Source of the DNA: Nanobdella aerobiophila
Lineage (GTDB): Archaea > Nanobdellota > Nanobdellia > Nanobdellales > Nanobdellaceae
Length of the DNA: 32,000 nt
Assembly: GCF_023169545.1 (NCBI RefSeq)
Contig: NZ_AP019769.1
Span: 300,001 to 332,000 of the forward strand
Direction of reading: 5' to 3'
Shown here piece after piece: positions 17,146-26,456 of this stretch (positions are counted from its first letter, which is position 1; each line of letters begins with the position of its first letter). The notes below the pieces were generated by a model. It was not told the DNA's origin. It searched no databases and saw only the letters and a list, made by a program, of their open reading frames with translations. A program made the position numbers and the translations under genes.

Positions 17146-18780
17146 ATTTTTTATATTATTTACTATTTCTTGTGCTGTAAAAGGATCTCCAGTATGTTTT
17201 AATATTTTATCTTCAATATCTATCCCTATTTCTTGTTTTACTAATTTTGCTAATTGTCCAGTTAAGTTATGTTCTATATCTACAATTTTATTTGCTTCTT
17301 CTAGCATATATTTTATTTCTTTTGGAAATGGAGATAGATAAGAAATTTGTAGGAATTTCCATCCTTTCAAATATTTTAAAGATTCTAAAATTGGCATCTT
17401 ATTAGAACCCCAAGATATTATTATTTTATTTCCAGACCCATATATTCTATATGGTTCTAATTCATTTACTTCTTTCTCTATGATTTTCATTTTATTTAAT
17501 CTTTTTTCACTCATTGCTTGCCCAATGTCTGGCTCTTCAGTTTCTATACCAAATTCATCATGTTCGTATGATACTGCTTTAACAATAGAATCAAAACCTG
17601 GTATTGCTCTTAATTGATATCCTTCTTTTGTTATTTTATAATTTTTATATTCCTTTGGTGGGTCTAAATCTATATATCTACTTACTTCTATATTTGGGGA
17701 ATATATTTCTTTAAAATTAGTTTTAGATTCACCCATAAATAGATCAAATAATATCATAGCTGGTACATTATACTTGTATGCTAGATGAAATGCTTCTATA
17801 GTCCTTTCAAATGCTTCTGCAGCATCACCAGGTGATATTACAATTCTTGGAAATTCTCCATGTCCTATATTTAATGCTTCTAATAAATCTGATTGGTCTG
17901 TATGCGTAGCCATACCTGTAGATGGTCCATATCTTTGTCCCCATGCAATTACAATGGGTATTTCTGACATACCAGATAAACTTATAGCTTCGGACATCAA
18001 ATCAATTCCTCCACCTGATGAACCTATCATTACTTTTGCTCCTCCATATGAGGCACCAAGTCCTATATTAATTACCCCTATTTCATTATCTGGTTGATAA
18101 GTAACATAATTATATTTATCTTTCAATGATGCAAGAATAGATAATATAGTTGATGCCGGTGTCATTGGATATGCTATATATAAATCCAGTCCTGCAGCAA
18201 TTGCACCTAAGGCTATGGCTTCAGATCCAGATAAATAAAATTGTTTTTCATAATTATTTTTATCTACTTTTATAGAATTATTATTAAAATCATTATATAT
18301 ATAATCTATTATTTTTAATTCTTCAGGATCTTTGATTTTCTCTTTATAAATTTCTTCTACTATTGATTTATCAATATTTAAATATCTTAAAAAATATGTT
18401 AATATTATTGTATTTTCATATTTTCTATTTATATTATATTTTTTAATATAATAATATGTATCTACATCTATTTTTTTATTATATATTATAGATTTATTCC
18501 CGAATATACTACCAGTTTCTTTTAATTTATCTTTATGTATGTTTATAGTATTCTGATCAAAGGCAATTATATAATCAAAATCATTATTATCATATGTGTA
18601 TATTTTTTCTTTTGATATTGTTACAATATTATAATTATGTCCTCCTCTGATTAAACTCATATACCATCTATAATTAAATACATTATAACCCATTTTAATA
18701 AATATTTTTGATATTATATCTGCAGTAAATTCTATTCCCTGTCCAGCCTGTCCTCCGATTAAAATATTTATATCTGCCAT
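17140..18780 (-). CDS. 2-oxoacid:ferredoxin oxidoreductase alpha subunit (fused gamma-alpha type)
   Basis: Gamma-domain start ILIGGQAGQGI, then alpha-domain motifs AYPMTPAS and GASYGGAKVMIGSSGGGIDLMSEAISLSGMSEIPIVI. Confidence 0.85.
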   Translation of the reverse strand: MADINILIGGQAGQGIEFTADIISKIFIKMGYNVFNYRWYMSLIRGGHNYNIVTISKEKIYTYDNNDFDYIIAFDQNTINIHKDKLKETGSIFGNKSIIYNKKIDVDTYYYIKKYNINRKYENTIILTYFLRYLNIDKSIVEEIYKEKIKDPEELKIIDYIYNDFNNNSIKVDKNNYEKQFYLSGSEAIALGAIAAGLDLYIAYPMTPASTILSILASLKDKYNYVTYQPDNEIGVINIGLGASYGGAKVMIGSSGGGIDLMSEAISLSGMSEIPIVIAWGQRYGPSTGMATHTDQSDLLEALNIGHGEFPRIVISPGDAAEAFERTIEAFHLAYKYNVPAMILFDLFMGESKTNFKEIYSPNIEVSRYIDLDPPKEYKNYKITKEGYQLRAIPGFDSIVKAVSYEHDEFGIETEEPDIGQAMSEKRLNKMKIIEKEVNELEPYRIYGSGNKIIISWGSNKMPILESLKYLKGWKFLQISYLSPFPKEIKYMLEEANKIVDIEHNLTGQLAKLVKQEIGIDIEDKILKHTGDPFTAQEIVNNIKNL

Positions 18781-18893
18781 AGATAAATATGATCTACTGT
18801 TATTTAAATCTCTTTTTAACTTAAATATTGTGGTAAATTTTATTAAAAGGTATATGTATATTAAATATAAGATTTATTATATCATATTTTTAT

Positions 18894-19340
18894 ATGAAAT
18901 TGAATAAAAATATTATGTATTATATATTCTCAATAATAGGATTAATAATTTCTATATTTGATTATTATCAATATTATATAATAAATTATCAGATAATACC
19001 CCTATGTACTACTAGCAAGATATCTAGCAGTTTACAAATAAATTGTAATGCAGTACTAAGAAGTCAATATTCTAGAATATTCTCAATACCATTGGATATA
19101 TTTGCAATGATATACTTTTTATTAGATATACTTATATATAGATTTTTTAATAATAAGAGAAGAATAATATTCTTTTGGAGATTATTAGGATTTTTATTTG
19201 TTCCCTATCTAATATATACAGAGATATTTTTAATACATTCTATATGTATCTATTGTACTATAATGCAGCTAATGATAATACTCAACTTTATTTATTTATT
19301 ATATGACAGGTTTTCTATAAAACAACCAAGATCCGATTAA
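18894..19340 (+). CDS. VKOR (vitamin K epoxide reductase) family membrane protein
   Basis: Loop cysteine pair C...C followed by NAVLRSQYSRIFSIPLDIFAMIYF. A CIYC (CxxC) motif lies in a later TM helix. The protein has four hydrophobic segments. Confidence 0.8.
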   Translation: MKLNKNIMYYIFSIIGLIISIFDYYQYYIINYQIIPLCTTSKISSSLQINCNAVLRSQYSRIFSIPLDIFAMIYFLLDILIYRFFNNKRRIIFFWRLLGFLFVPYLIYTEIFLIHSICIYCTIMQLMIILNFIYLLYDRFSIKQPRSD

Positions 19341-19838
19341 GTTATTATATTTATGTTTTGGATTGTCGAATAATGAATACAGTTTTTTATATGATATGTT
19401 TCTTGGATCATTTTTAATAAAATTATTTTTTATGGATACATATGCTATACCCCCAGGTCTTAATACTCTCTTGATATCCATGACTAATTCTTCATGTAAT
19501 GTAGTACAGCATAATACATCTTTAGAAAATAAAAAATCTATGCTATTATCTTCAATAACTGATAAATCTCTAGATACAAAAGTTTTTACATTTTTTATGT
19601 TATATTTTTTTATTTTATAATTTAATATATCTACCTGTTTAGGGTCTGAATCTATTGCATATACAGTACCATCTTTTGCTAATTTAGAAAAAATTAGTGT
19701 ATAATTACCAGGACCAGACCCATGATCTAAAACATTCATATTAGATTTAACTAATTTAAATATTGATTTTGGATTGTCAATATATTTTATTATAAAATTA
19801 TCCAACAATATTGGATTTATTCTTCTATCTTCTATCAT
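19299..19838 (-). CDS. Class I SAM-dependent methyltransferase
   Basis: Motif I VLDHGSGPGNY and motif II VYAIDSD, with post-motif GGIAYVS. Its 3' end converges on and overlaps VKOR by 42 nt. Confidence 0.75.
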   Translation of the reverse strand: MIEDRRINPILLDNFIIKYIDNPKSIFKLVKSNMNVLDHGSGPGNYTLIFSKLAKDGTVYAIDSDPKQVDILNYKIKKYNIKNVKTFVSRDLSVIEDNSIDFLFSKDVLCCTTLHEELVMDIKRVLRPGGIAYVSIKNNFIKNDPRNISYKKLYSLFDNPKHKYNNLIGSWLFYRKPVI

Positions 19839-19912
19839 AGTTAATAATTTTTTATAATAATAATTAAAAATTTATCAAAAATCTTATATATATTAAAAAA
19901 TTCTATAAATCT

Positions 19913-21139
19913 ATGGTAAAAGTTTTAGTATTAGGCGCGAGATTTGGTGGATTAAGTGCAGCATATACCTTAAGAAGAATAACAGATAAAAATGTAGAAA
20001 TAAAAGTAATTAATAAAAGTAAATATACATATTTTAGACCGGCATTCCCACATTTAGCAGTTGGATACCTAGAAAAAAAAGATATTGAAATAAATTTAGA
20101 ACAAGAATTACCAAAAAAAGATATAGAATTTCAAGAGGGAGAAGTTACAAAGATTGATGCAAAGAAAAAGTTAGTATATTATACTACTAATGGTAAAGAA
20201 GTAAAAGAAGATTATGACTATCTTATAATAGCATTAGGAGCGCATTTGAGTTTTGAAGAAATTAAAGGATTTGAAGAAAACGGATTTAGTGTATGCGAAC
20301 CTGAATATGCGCTAAAATTAAGAGAAAGATTAAAGAATTGGGATGGTGGTACAATTGCTATAGGATCTGGTAAATTCCATCAGGGATCGAATCCAAAACC
20401 AGAAGCACCAGAGACTTGGACTCCACGAGCAGATTCTGCATGTGAAGGTCCTGTATTTGAGTTATCAATAATGTTAAGAGGATATTTTGCGAAGAAAGGC
20501 GTATTAGATAAGACTAAATTTATAGTATTTTCTCCAGGAGAATACTTATCAGATCTATCAAATGAAAATAGATCAACTGTAAATGGTTTATATAAGTCTT
20601 TAGGTATAGAATTAATAAATGGATTTGTGGTTAAAGAAATAGATAAAGATAAAGTTATATCTGAAGATGGAAAAGAGATAAAAGCAGATTTGACCATAAT
20701 ATTACCACCATATTCAGCAAATCCTGTGTTGAAAAATTCTACAAAAGATTTAGTAGATGATGCAGGTTTCGTAATTACTAATAAATATATGCAATCTATA
20801 AACTATCCCGAGGTCTATGCAGTAGGAGATTCTAATGCAATTACTGTTCCAAAATTAGGATACTTGGCGGTTATGAGTGCAAGAGTTGCAGCAACTCATT
20901 TAGCAAGAACTTTAGGATATAATGTAGAACAAGAAGAATATAATCCAATGGTTGTATGTGTTGCAGATAATCCATATGAAAATATGGCAATAGAGGTTAA
21001 TGATAATTCCTGGTATGGTGGAAATATTAAAAAAGCGACTCCATCAAAAATAGCGCATCTAAAGAAAGAAATGTTTACAAAGTATTATATATGGTCAAAA
21101 GGAGATATGGCCTTAGAAAAATTCTTAGCTTCATGGTAA
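19913..21139 (+). CDS. sqr: Sulfide:quinone oxidoreductase-like flavoprotein (FAD-dependent pyridine nucleotide-disulfide oxidoreductase)
   Basis: N-terminal FAD fold VLVLGARFGGLSAAYTL, then FRPAFPHLAVGY, conserved cysteines (SACEGP, VCVAD) and AVGDSNAITVPKLGYLA. Confidence 0.75.
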   Translation: MVKVLVLGARFGGLSAAYTLRRITDKNVEIKVINKSKYTYFRPAFPHLAVGYLEKKDIEINLEQELPKKDIEFQEGEVTKIDAKKKLVYYTTNGKEVKEDYDYLIIALGAHLSFEEIKGFEENGFSVCEPEYALKLRERLKNWDGGTIAIGSGKFHQGSNPKPEAPETWTPRADSACEGPVFELSIMLRGYFAKKGVLDKTKFIVFSPGEYLSDLSNENRSTVNGLYKSLGIELINGFVVKEIDKDKVISEDGKEIKADLTIILPPYSANPVLKNSTKDLVDDAGFVITNKYMQSINYPEVYAVGDSNAITVPKLGYLAVMSARVAATHLARTLGYNVEQEEYNPMVVCVADNPYENMAIEVNDNSWYGGNIKKATPSKIAHLKKEMFTKYYIWSKGDMALEKFLASW

Positions 21140-21140
21140 A

Positions 21141-21491
21141 ATGGTCGAGTTATCTGATGAAGAATTAAAATCTCTAAAAAAGTTTATAGAACTATTGAAT
21201 ATAGCAGAAAATAAATATGGATTAATATCTTTATTAGAAGGAATATTAGAAGATGAAAAAGCAGTAGGAAAATTATTATCACATATAACTTCTGATGAAG
21301 CATTGTCAATAATATCAGAGAAAGAAAATATGTTAAAAATTATAGCAAGTATTGGTGATGGATTAGAAGAACAAAATAAAGTAAAGATAAATGGATTAAT
21401 GAGTATATGGAAAGCAACACATGATAAGGATATACAAAAAGGATTATCTTTAGTATTTACTATTTTGAAAAAGCTAGGATCAAAGTTTTAA
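21141..21491 (+). CDS. Small helical protein, DUF1641-like (an SQR/NDH-II-associated family)
   Basis: It starts 1 nt after the SQR stop. Its size and helical pattern, and its position next to an SQR-type flavoprotein, fit my recollection of DUF1641. No diagnostic motif was verified. Confidence 0.4.
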   Translation: MVELSDEELKSLKKFIELLNIAENKYGLISLLEGILEDEKAVGKLLSHITSDEALSIISEKENMLKIIASIGDGLEEQNKVKINGLMSIWKATHDKDIQKGLSLVFTILKKLGSKF

Positions 21492-21567
21492 ATTTTTTAC
21501 TTGTTTTTAATATTCATTGATAGGTAATTAAAGAAAAATATTTAAAGTTAATTTTAATATATTTTTT

Positions 21568-21936
21568 ATGGAAAATAAAGAGATAATTGGTTGGATTGGT
21601 ATGTTACTAGCAACTTTTTGGGCAGGAGAACATCTACCAGTAGCGATAGCATTAACATCAAAATTAGGTCCAATAGTAGGAGCATTTGTAGGAATGTTTG
21701 CAGCACTATCGATAATATCAGCATTAATATTCCTATTAAATTGGAAAAAATATTATATGCCAAATTTAGTATTTTGGATATTGATGTTTATATTGTTATT
21801 AGCAGGATACGTAGGTTATTTAGCAGGAGGAAATATATCAGCATTATTCGCAAATCAATTAGCAGAATATGCATTAGTAATAGATATATTAAATATAATA
21901 TTGGCTTTTGCTATATGGAAAGTAGATGCAGAATAA
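21568..21936 (+). CDS. Four-TM membrane protein of unknown function
   Basis: Four clear hydrophobic helices with good codon composition. The overlapping track ORF 21591-21959 (R/S/I-rich) is the wrong frame. Confidence 0.6.
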   Translation: MENKEIIGWIGMLLATFWAGEHLPVAIALTSKLGPIVGAFVGMFAALSIISALIFLLNWKKYYMPNLVFWILMFILLLAGYVGYLAGGNISALFANQLAEYALVIDILNIILAFAIWKVDAE

Positions 21937-21939
21937 ATT

Positions 21940-22218
21940 TTAATTTTTTTCATATCTAGATATTTTTAATATTTTACTTCTAGGAAATTCTTTCTTCATT
22001 AATTTATCTAATACCTTTTCTAATTGATCAAAATTAGTTAAATATCTCTGAATAGTATAGCCATGTTCATATATCTCGAAAAAAATATTATCCTTTTTTA
22101 TGATGTCTAACCATCTATCTTCTTTATAATTTTTTATTCTAATTATTTTATTATTATCTATTTCTTTGCAATATTTTAATACAGTATATATTATATTCTT
22201 TCTTTCCAACCAGGTCAT
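21940..22218 (-). CDS. Small hypothetical protein (92 aa); a paralogous fragment lies at 26971-27078
   Basis: Intact ORF. Its 3' coding part (NFDQLEKVLDKLMKK) recurs almost identically about 5 kb away. Confidence 0.5.
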   Translation of the reverse strand: MTWLERKNIIYTVLKYCKEIDNNKIIRIKNYKEDRWLDIIKKDNIFFEIYEHGYTIQRYLTNFDQLEKVLDKLMKKEFPRSKILKISRYEKN

Positions 22219-22358
22219 AATAGATTATTATAAATTAATAATTAAAATTTAGAGGATATATTGATATATATCTAAGATGATTCATATTTTATAAATAAAA
22301 ATATTTATAAGAATATACAACAAAGATCTTATAAGTATTTTCATATAGATAGTTATTA

Positions 22359-23801
22359 ATGAAGAGTGATTCACTAAAAACAATATTAGAATTAAGTACA
22401 AAAGATTATGATATAGATAATGAGGACTTTATAAATTCTATAAAGACTTATTACGAAGAATTAAAGGATCTAATGAGAGTCGGAGAGGAAATAAAAATTT
22501 TTGGAGATATATACAATGATTATTTTAGACTAATTAAAGAATTATATAAAGATAATAAGAGTGATAAAAACAACAGTATAAATAAAATAGATAGATTATT
22601 AATGGATTTAAATTATATTTTTAATCCAGATTCGATAGTATCTCCTGTAGAGCTTGATTATGATAAAGAAATATTCTATTTAATTACAAAAACTACTAAA
22701 AAACTAAGAAAAACATATAATAATATAATCGATAATTACATATACAGTTTAAATCAAAAAATAAAGACAAAAGAAAGAGAATTAGATGAGATACTGAGTA
22801 AATATATTGATGTCCCTTCGCGGGTTGATATGATAGAAAGTATAAAAGGAACATCAAGATATATAATAAATAGTCCTCTTACAAAGTTTATAGAGATATT
22901 GTTGAACAAAAATAATAAAGATGAAGCAATTAATACCTTAAAAAGTATATATTCAAGTTTTAATAATATTAACTATTCAAATCTACATGATATAAAGATA
23001 GATAAGAATTTGGATAATATTATAAGTTCGAGTTCTTCTATATCCACCATAATGAGGTTTTTTTACTTAATTACATTGGGTATACTCGAGTTTGTGGATC
23101 AAAAATTAATAGAATATAGTAATGAGAGCTATGCTAGATTTATAAAAGAAAAATATGGTCTAGATATAACTTTAGATAAAAAATCTATAGTAGACCAAAT
23201 CAGTGAATCCTTTTTAAAAGCAATATTTATACTTCCAGAAAGTCAGGAAAATATTGATAGAAGTTCTATGTATACAAAATTAGATAAAAGATTATTGGAT
23301 CGTTATTATATGGATCTAGAAAAATTATATAATAAAATACCTGAATTAAAGAATTTACCAGAATACAGTAATATAGAAAACCTGATAAAAGATATTATAT
23401 CTTTAGAATATTTCAAAAATCTTGTAGAAGAATTTAATGATAGGACATTTTTATCTATATCTCTTGGATATATAAGTTCAATATTAGATAGAAATGAAGA
23501 AGATAAGAAGAAATATATAATGGGTAATATAATCGGACTGATATATAAGGATTTATTAACTAGTGGGTATCTTGTTGATATTAATAAATTATCATCTGAA
23601 TATTCTAAAAAAATAATGGACTCTATTAAGGATATAGATTCTATGTATTCTACAATTATCAACAAGGAAATTTTGATTAGAAGCTTAAATAATTATAGTA
23701 AAATAATAAAAAGTTTGTATGGGTACAATGTAGTAGTTAGAAATTATATTACAGATGCAGAAAGAAATATAATCAAAGAGATCATAAAAGAAGATGAATA
23801 A
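22359..23801 (+). CDS. Hypothetical 480-aa cytoplasmic, predominantly helical protein (first gene of the cassette)
   Basis: Long ORF with no TM or signal segment and no recognisable catalytic motif. Its stop overlaps the next ATG (ATGAATAA, 23794-23801). Confidence 0.6.
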   Translation: MKSDSLKTILELSTKDYDIDNEDFINSIKTYYEELKDLMRVGEEIKIFGDIYNDYFRLIKELYKDNKSDKNNSINKIDRLLMDLNYIFNPDSIVSPVELDYDKEIFYLITKTTKKLRKTYNNIIDNYIYSLNQKIKTKERELDEILSKYIDVPSRVDMIESIKGTSRYIINSPLTKFIEILLNKNNKDEAINTLKSIYSSFNNINYSNLHDIKIDKNLDNIISSSSSISTIMRFFYLITLGILEFVDQKLIEYSNESYARFIKEKYGLDITLDKKSIVDQISESFLKAIFILPESQENIDRSSMYTKLDKRLLDRYYMDLEKLYNKIPELKNLPEYSNIENLIKDIISLEYFKNLVEEFNDRTFLSISLGYISSILDRNEEDKKKYIMGNIIGLIYKDLLTSGYLVDINKLSSEYSKKIMDSIKDIDSMYSTIINKEILIRSLNNYSKIIKSLYGYNVVVRNYITDAERNIIKEIIKEDE

Positions 23802-25005
23802 GAAAAAATTAATATCACTATTTGGTGGCCTTGTTGGAGGATTAATATCTTATATAGCGTTTTCTCATCATAACTTTGAATATGGTAATAATGTCTTAAG
23901 ATCTAATAACTCTCAAATATATACACTCTACCTAAATAGCGGCAATTTTACTGAAGGTTTATTAAAACTTGATAAAATAATATCAAACACCTCAAAAGAA
24001 AATATTACAATATTTAATGAAGGATTAAATACTAATGAAACCGAAATTTTATCAATAGTTGAAAAAATTATCGAATCTAAATATAAAAATATAGATATTG
24101 TTATAAAAACTGATATCGTAAATAGTAGTACATATATATTTTGGGAAGTTCCATGGGGGCCTCATAATGGTACATATAAGAATTTAGATACTTTTTTGTC
24201 AAATAATAGTGATATAACTCAGGGGGTCGTTATTGCATTTGATTATAATTATAATTATTCTTTACAAATGCTAAAAACAATATATGAAGCAGATACTATA
24301 AATAAAAGTATATATGTAAATCTATTTGTAACTGCAGGCAATAGAGATTTAATAAGTACTTTAAATCAAGAGCAATACAATTATCTTATAGAAACATTAA
24401 AATATATAAATAATATTTCCGATGGTGGAAACAACATCGTTATTGGTTTTAGTGAAATGGATAATCTCAATATAACTTATTTAGCCTCATTATATAATAT
24501 CATTCATGAGTATTTACCTAATGCAAAGTTATTTTATTATTCTGATCTAGGACACTCTAATAGACCCATGGAACTATATCGGGAATTAAAGGATATTTAT
24601 AATATAAAACTTAATATGATCGGTTTAGAGATGTATACGACATATATGTATAAAGATGGAGTTATATATATTCCAAATAGTTCGACAGATGATCAATATA
24701 ACATATTAGAAAATTATATAGAGTTTTCGAAAGATAATAATGTCCAATTTTTTATAGGAGAACTTGGCTTCAGAGATGGAGATAAATATGGATATATAGA
24801 CTCTGGTTCAATAAGTCCAATTGGAAGCTTAAATAATTATAGAATTACAATAGATTTCTATAAAGATATAATTAAACAATTAAACAAAGATGGAATAGAT
24901 ACAGTAGGAATATGGGATTATAATGGAGCAAATGGAGATCCTTTCGGATTATGTAGAAATCAATTTCTACCATCTCTTATAAAGTTTATTATTAATTCAA
25001 GATAG
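23794..25005 (+). CDS. N-terminally anchored exoprotein with a clan GH-A (TIM-barrel glycosidase)-like motif series
   Basis: TM helix LISLFGGLVGGLISYIAF. The ordered motifs are IVIGFSEMDN (beta4 acid/base-like), IGLEMYT, FFIGELGF (beta7 nucleophile-like GEfG) and VGIWDYNG (beta8 Trp). It has many NxS/T sequons. Confidence 0.5.
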   Translation: MNKKKLISLFGGLVGGLISYIAFSHHNFEYGNNVLRSNNSQIYTLYLNSGNFTEGLLKLDKIISNTSKENITIFNEGLNTNETEILSIVEKIIESKYKNIDIVIKTDIVNSSTYIFWEVPWGPHNGTYKNLDTFLSNNSDITQGVVIAFDYNYNYSLQMLKTIYEADTINKSIYVNLFVTAGNRDLISTLNQEQYNYLIETLKYINNISDGGNNIVIGFSEMDNLNITYLASLYNIIHEYLPNAKLFYYSDLGHSNRPMELYRELKDIYNIKLNMIGLEMYTTYMYKDGVIYIPNSSTDDQYNILENYIEFSKDNNVQFFIGELGFRDGDKYGYIDSGSISPIGSLNNYRITIDFYKDIIKQLNKDGIDTVGIWDYNGANGDPFGLCRNQFLPSLIKFIINSR

Positions 25006-25040
25006 ATATTATTTAAAAATTTTTTCTATATCATTATAGA

Positions 25041-26456
25041 ATGACAGGTACACCTAAGGGTATACGTGGAAAAATCACAAAAAAAGGTATTGCTTTAGCA
25101 GCAGCAGGAATAATTGGGAGTGGTTTGCTTGGCTATTTTATTGGGTCATATTTTCATGAACCAAAAGAGGTAATCGAATATAAATCTCAAAAAATAGAAG
25201 AATTGATAGGAACAAATTCCAATATAACAGAATTAATAAAGGATTTAAGTAATGTATCAGATGGAAAAAAAATTTTGATAATAGGAGAAGGATTGAGTAA
25301 TAATCATATATCAGATCTGGAATCAATACTTGGCCTTAAAAATGTATCATATAAATTGATTAATCTGCAACCGATAATAGAAAATCATACGGTAATAGAG
25401 AACTATACAGAAATAGAGAAAATATTCACAAAGACAAGTTTAGTTTATGCAAATGAAAGTAATATTTCATTGGTACCATTATATATAGAAGGAAAATTAG
25501 CCCAAAATGCTTCTCAATCTTATTGTTTTGTAATAGATCTATCTAATGTATCTAATAAAGCTCAATATAGCTTAGAAAATATATTAAAGACTATAAAAAA
25601 TGAGTATTCAAATATGGAGGGTTATTATATAATAAAGACTGGTAGCATACAAGTACAAAATTCTAGTATAAGTACATCAAATACATCAAGTAATAGTACT
25701 ACTAGTATAAGTACATCAAATACATCAAGTAACGGTACTAATAGTAATATAGATCAATTATTATTTGGAAATAATAGTAATTATACTGTATTAAAAATAG
25801 AAAATATATCTTATAGAGATGATATTGCATACTTATCTGTAAGAGATGAAATAAACAATAAAACATATCAGTTAGCATTATCCTCTAGATATCTAACTGC
25901 AGTATTAAATATAAATGGAAAAAGTGAAAAATTTGAGCTAAATGATGATGTATTAAAATATGGAAAACTTTATATGGTGTTAGAAAAAACTCCTGCTATA
26001 AATCAGTCAGCAAATGATAATGGAGTCCTAGCTCTACCAAATGGTTTATATGCAAGTTTTATAATTACTAATGTAAAGGGCACAGAGCTATTAAAGCTAG
26101 CACCACAATTAAGCAACTATACGCCAATAATACCAACAATGTACAATACTTCTACACCTTTTGAAATATATGGTGGTATACTAGGTAATACAAACCCATA
26201 TATAATCAATTATGAAAATATAACAGCATATAATCAGGCATTAGGATTGGTAGATACTGTAGATAAGATATTAAATCTAAGTACATCTTCAAATCCAAAT
26301 CCTGGCAGTTATGCTAGTATAGGCGGTCTTTTCCCACTGACACTCACGAATAATTATACAACTTCCACAGTAGGTAATTTTACATCATATAATATAGGTA
26401 GTTATGTACCGGCAATATTACTTATCGGAGAAGAAGGTACAAGTATAATACAATAA
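25041..26456 (+). CDS. N-terminally anchored exoprotein with a Ser/Thr/Asn-rich repeat linker
   Basis: TM helix IALAAAGIIGSGLLGYFIGSYF. A post-TM module resembles that of the preceding protein. The linker contains SISTSNTSSN twice. No catalytic motif was recognised. Confidence 0.6.
   Translation: MTGTPKGIRGKITKKGIALAAAGIIGSGLLGYFIGSYFHEPKEVIEYKSQKIEELIGTNSNITELIKDLSNVSDGKKILIIGEGLSNNHISDLESILGLKNVSYKLINLQPIIENHTVIENYTEIEKIFTKTSLVYANESNISLVPLYIEGKLAQNASQSYCFVIDLSNVSNKAQYSLENILKTIKNEYSNMEGYYIIKTGSIQVQNSSISTSNTSSNSTTSISTSNTSSNGTNSNIDQLLFGNNSNYTVLKIENISYRDDIAYLSVRDEINNKTYQLALSSRYLTAVLNINGKSEKFELNDDVLKYGKLYMVLEKTPAINQSANDNGVLALPNGLYASFIITNVKGTELLKLAPQLSNYTPIIPTMYNTSTPFEIYGGILGNTNPYIINYENITAYNQALGLVDTVDKILNLSTSSNPNPGSYASIGGLFPLTLTNNYTTSTVGNFTSYNIGSYVPAILLIGEEGTSIIQ
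25665..25742 (+). repeat. Two tandem 39-bp units encoding SISTSNTSSN(S/G)T(T/N)
   Basis: agtataagtacatcaaatacatcaagtaatagtactact is followed by agtataagtacatcaaatacatcaagtaacggtactaat. Confidence 0.85.

Noticed and set aside
19363-19620. Track ORF 19363-19620 (+)
   Set aside because: It is antisense inside the SAM methyltransferase gene, which has clear motifs I and II.
20380-20697. Track ORF 20380-20697 (-)
   Set aside because: It is antisense inside the SQR gene.
21566-21959. Track ORFs 21566-21763 (-) and 21591-21959 (+)
   Set aside because: They overlap the 4-TM protein gene at 21568-21936. Their translations (an L-rich antisense peptide, and an R/S/I-rich peptide in the alternative frame) lack the coherent helix pattern of the chosen frame.
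23306-23665. Track ORF 23306-23665 (-)
   Set aside because: It is antisense inside the 480-aa gene and has a low-complexity translation.
25138-25326. Track ORF 25138-25326 (-)
   Set aside because: It is antisense inside the 471-aa gene.
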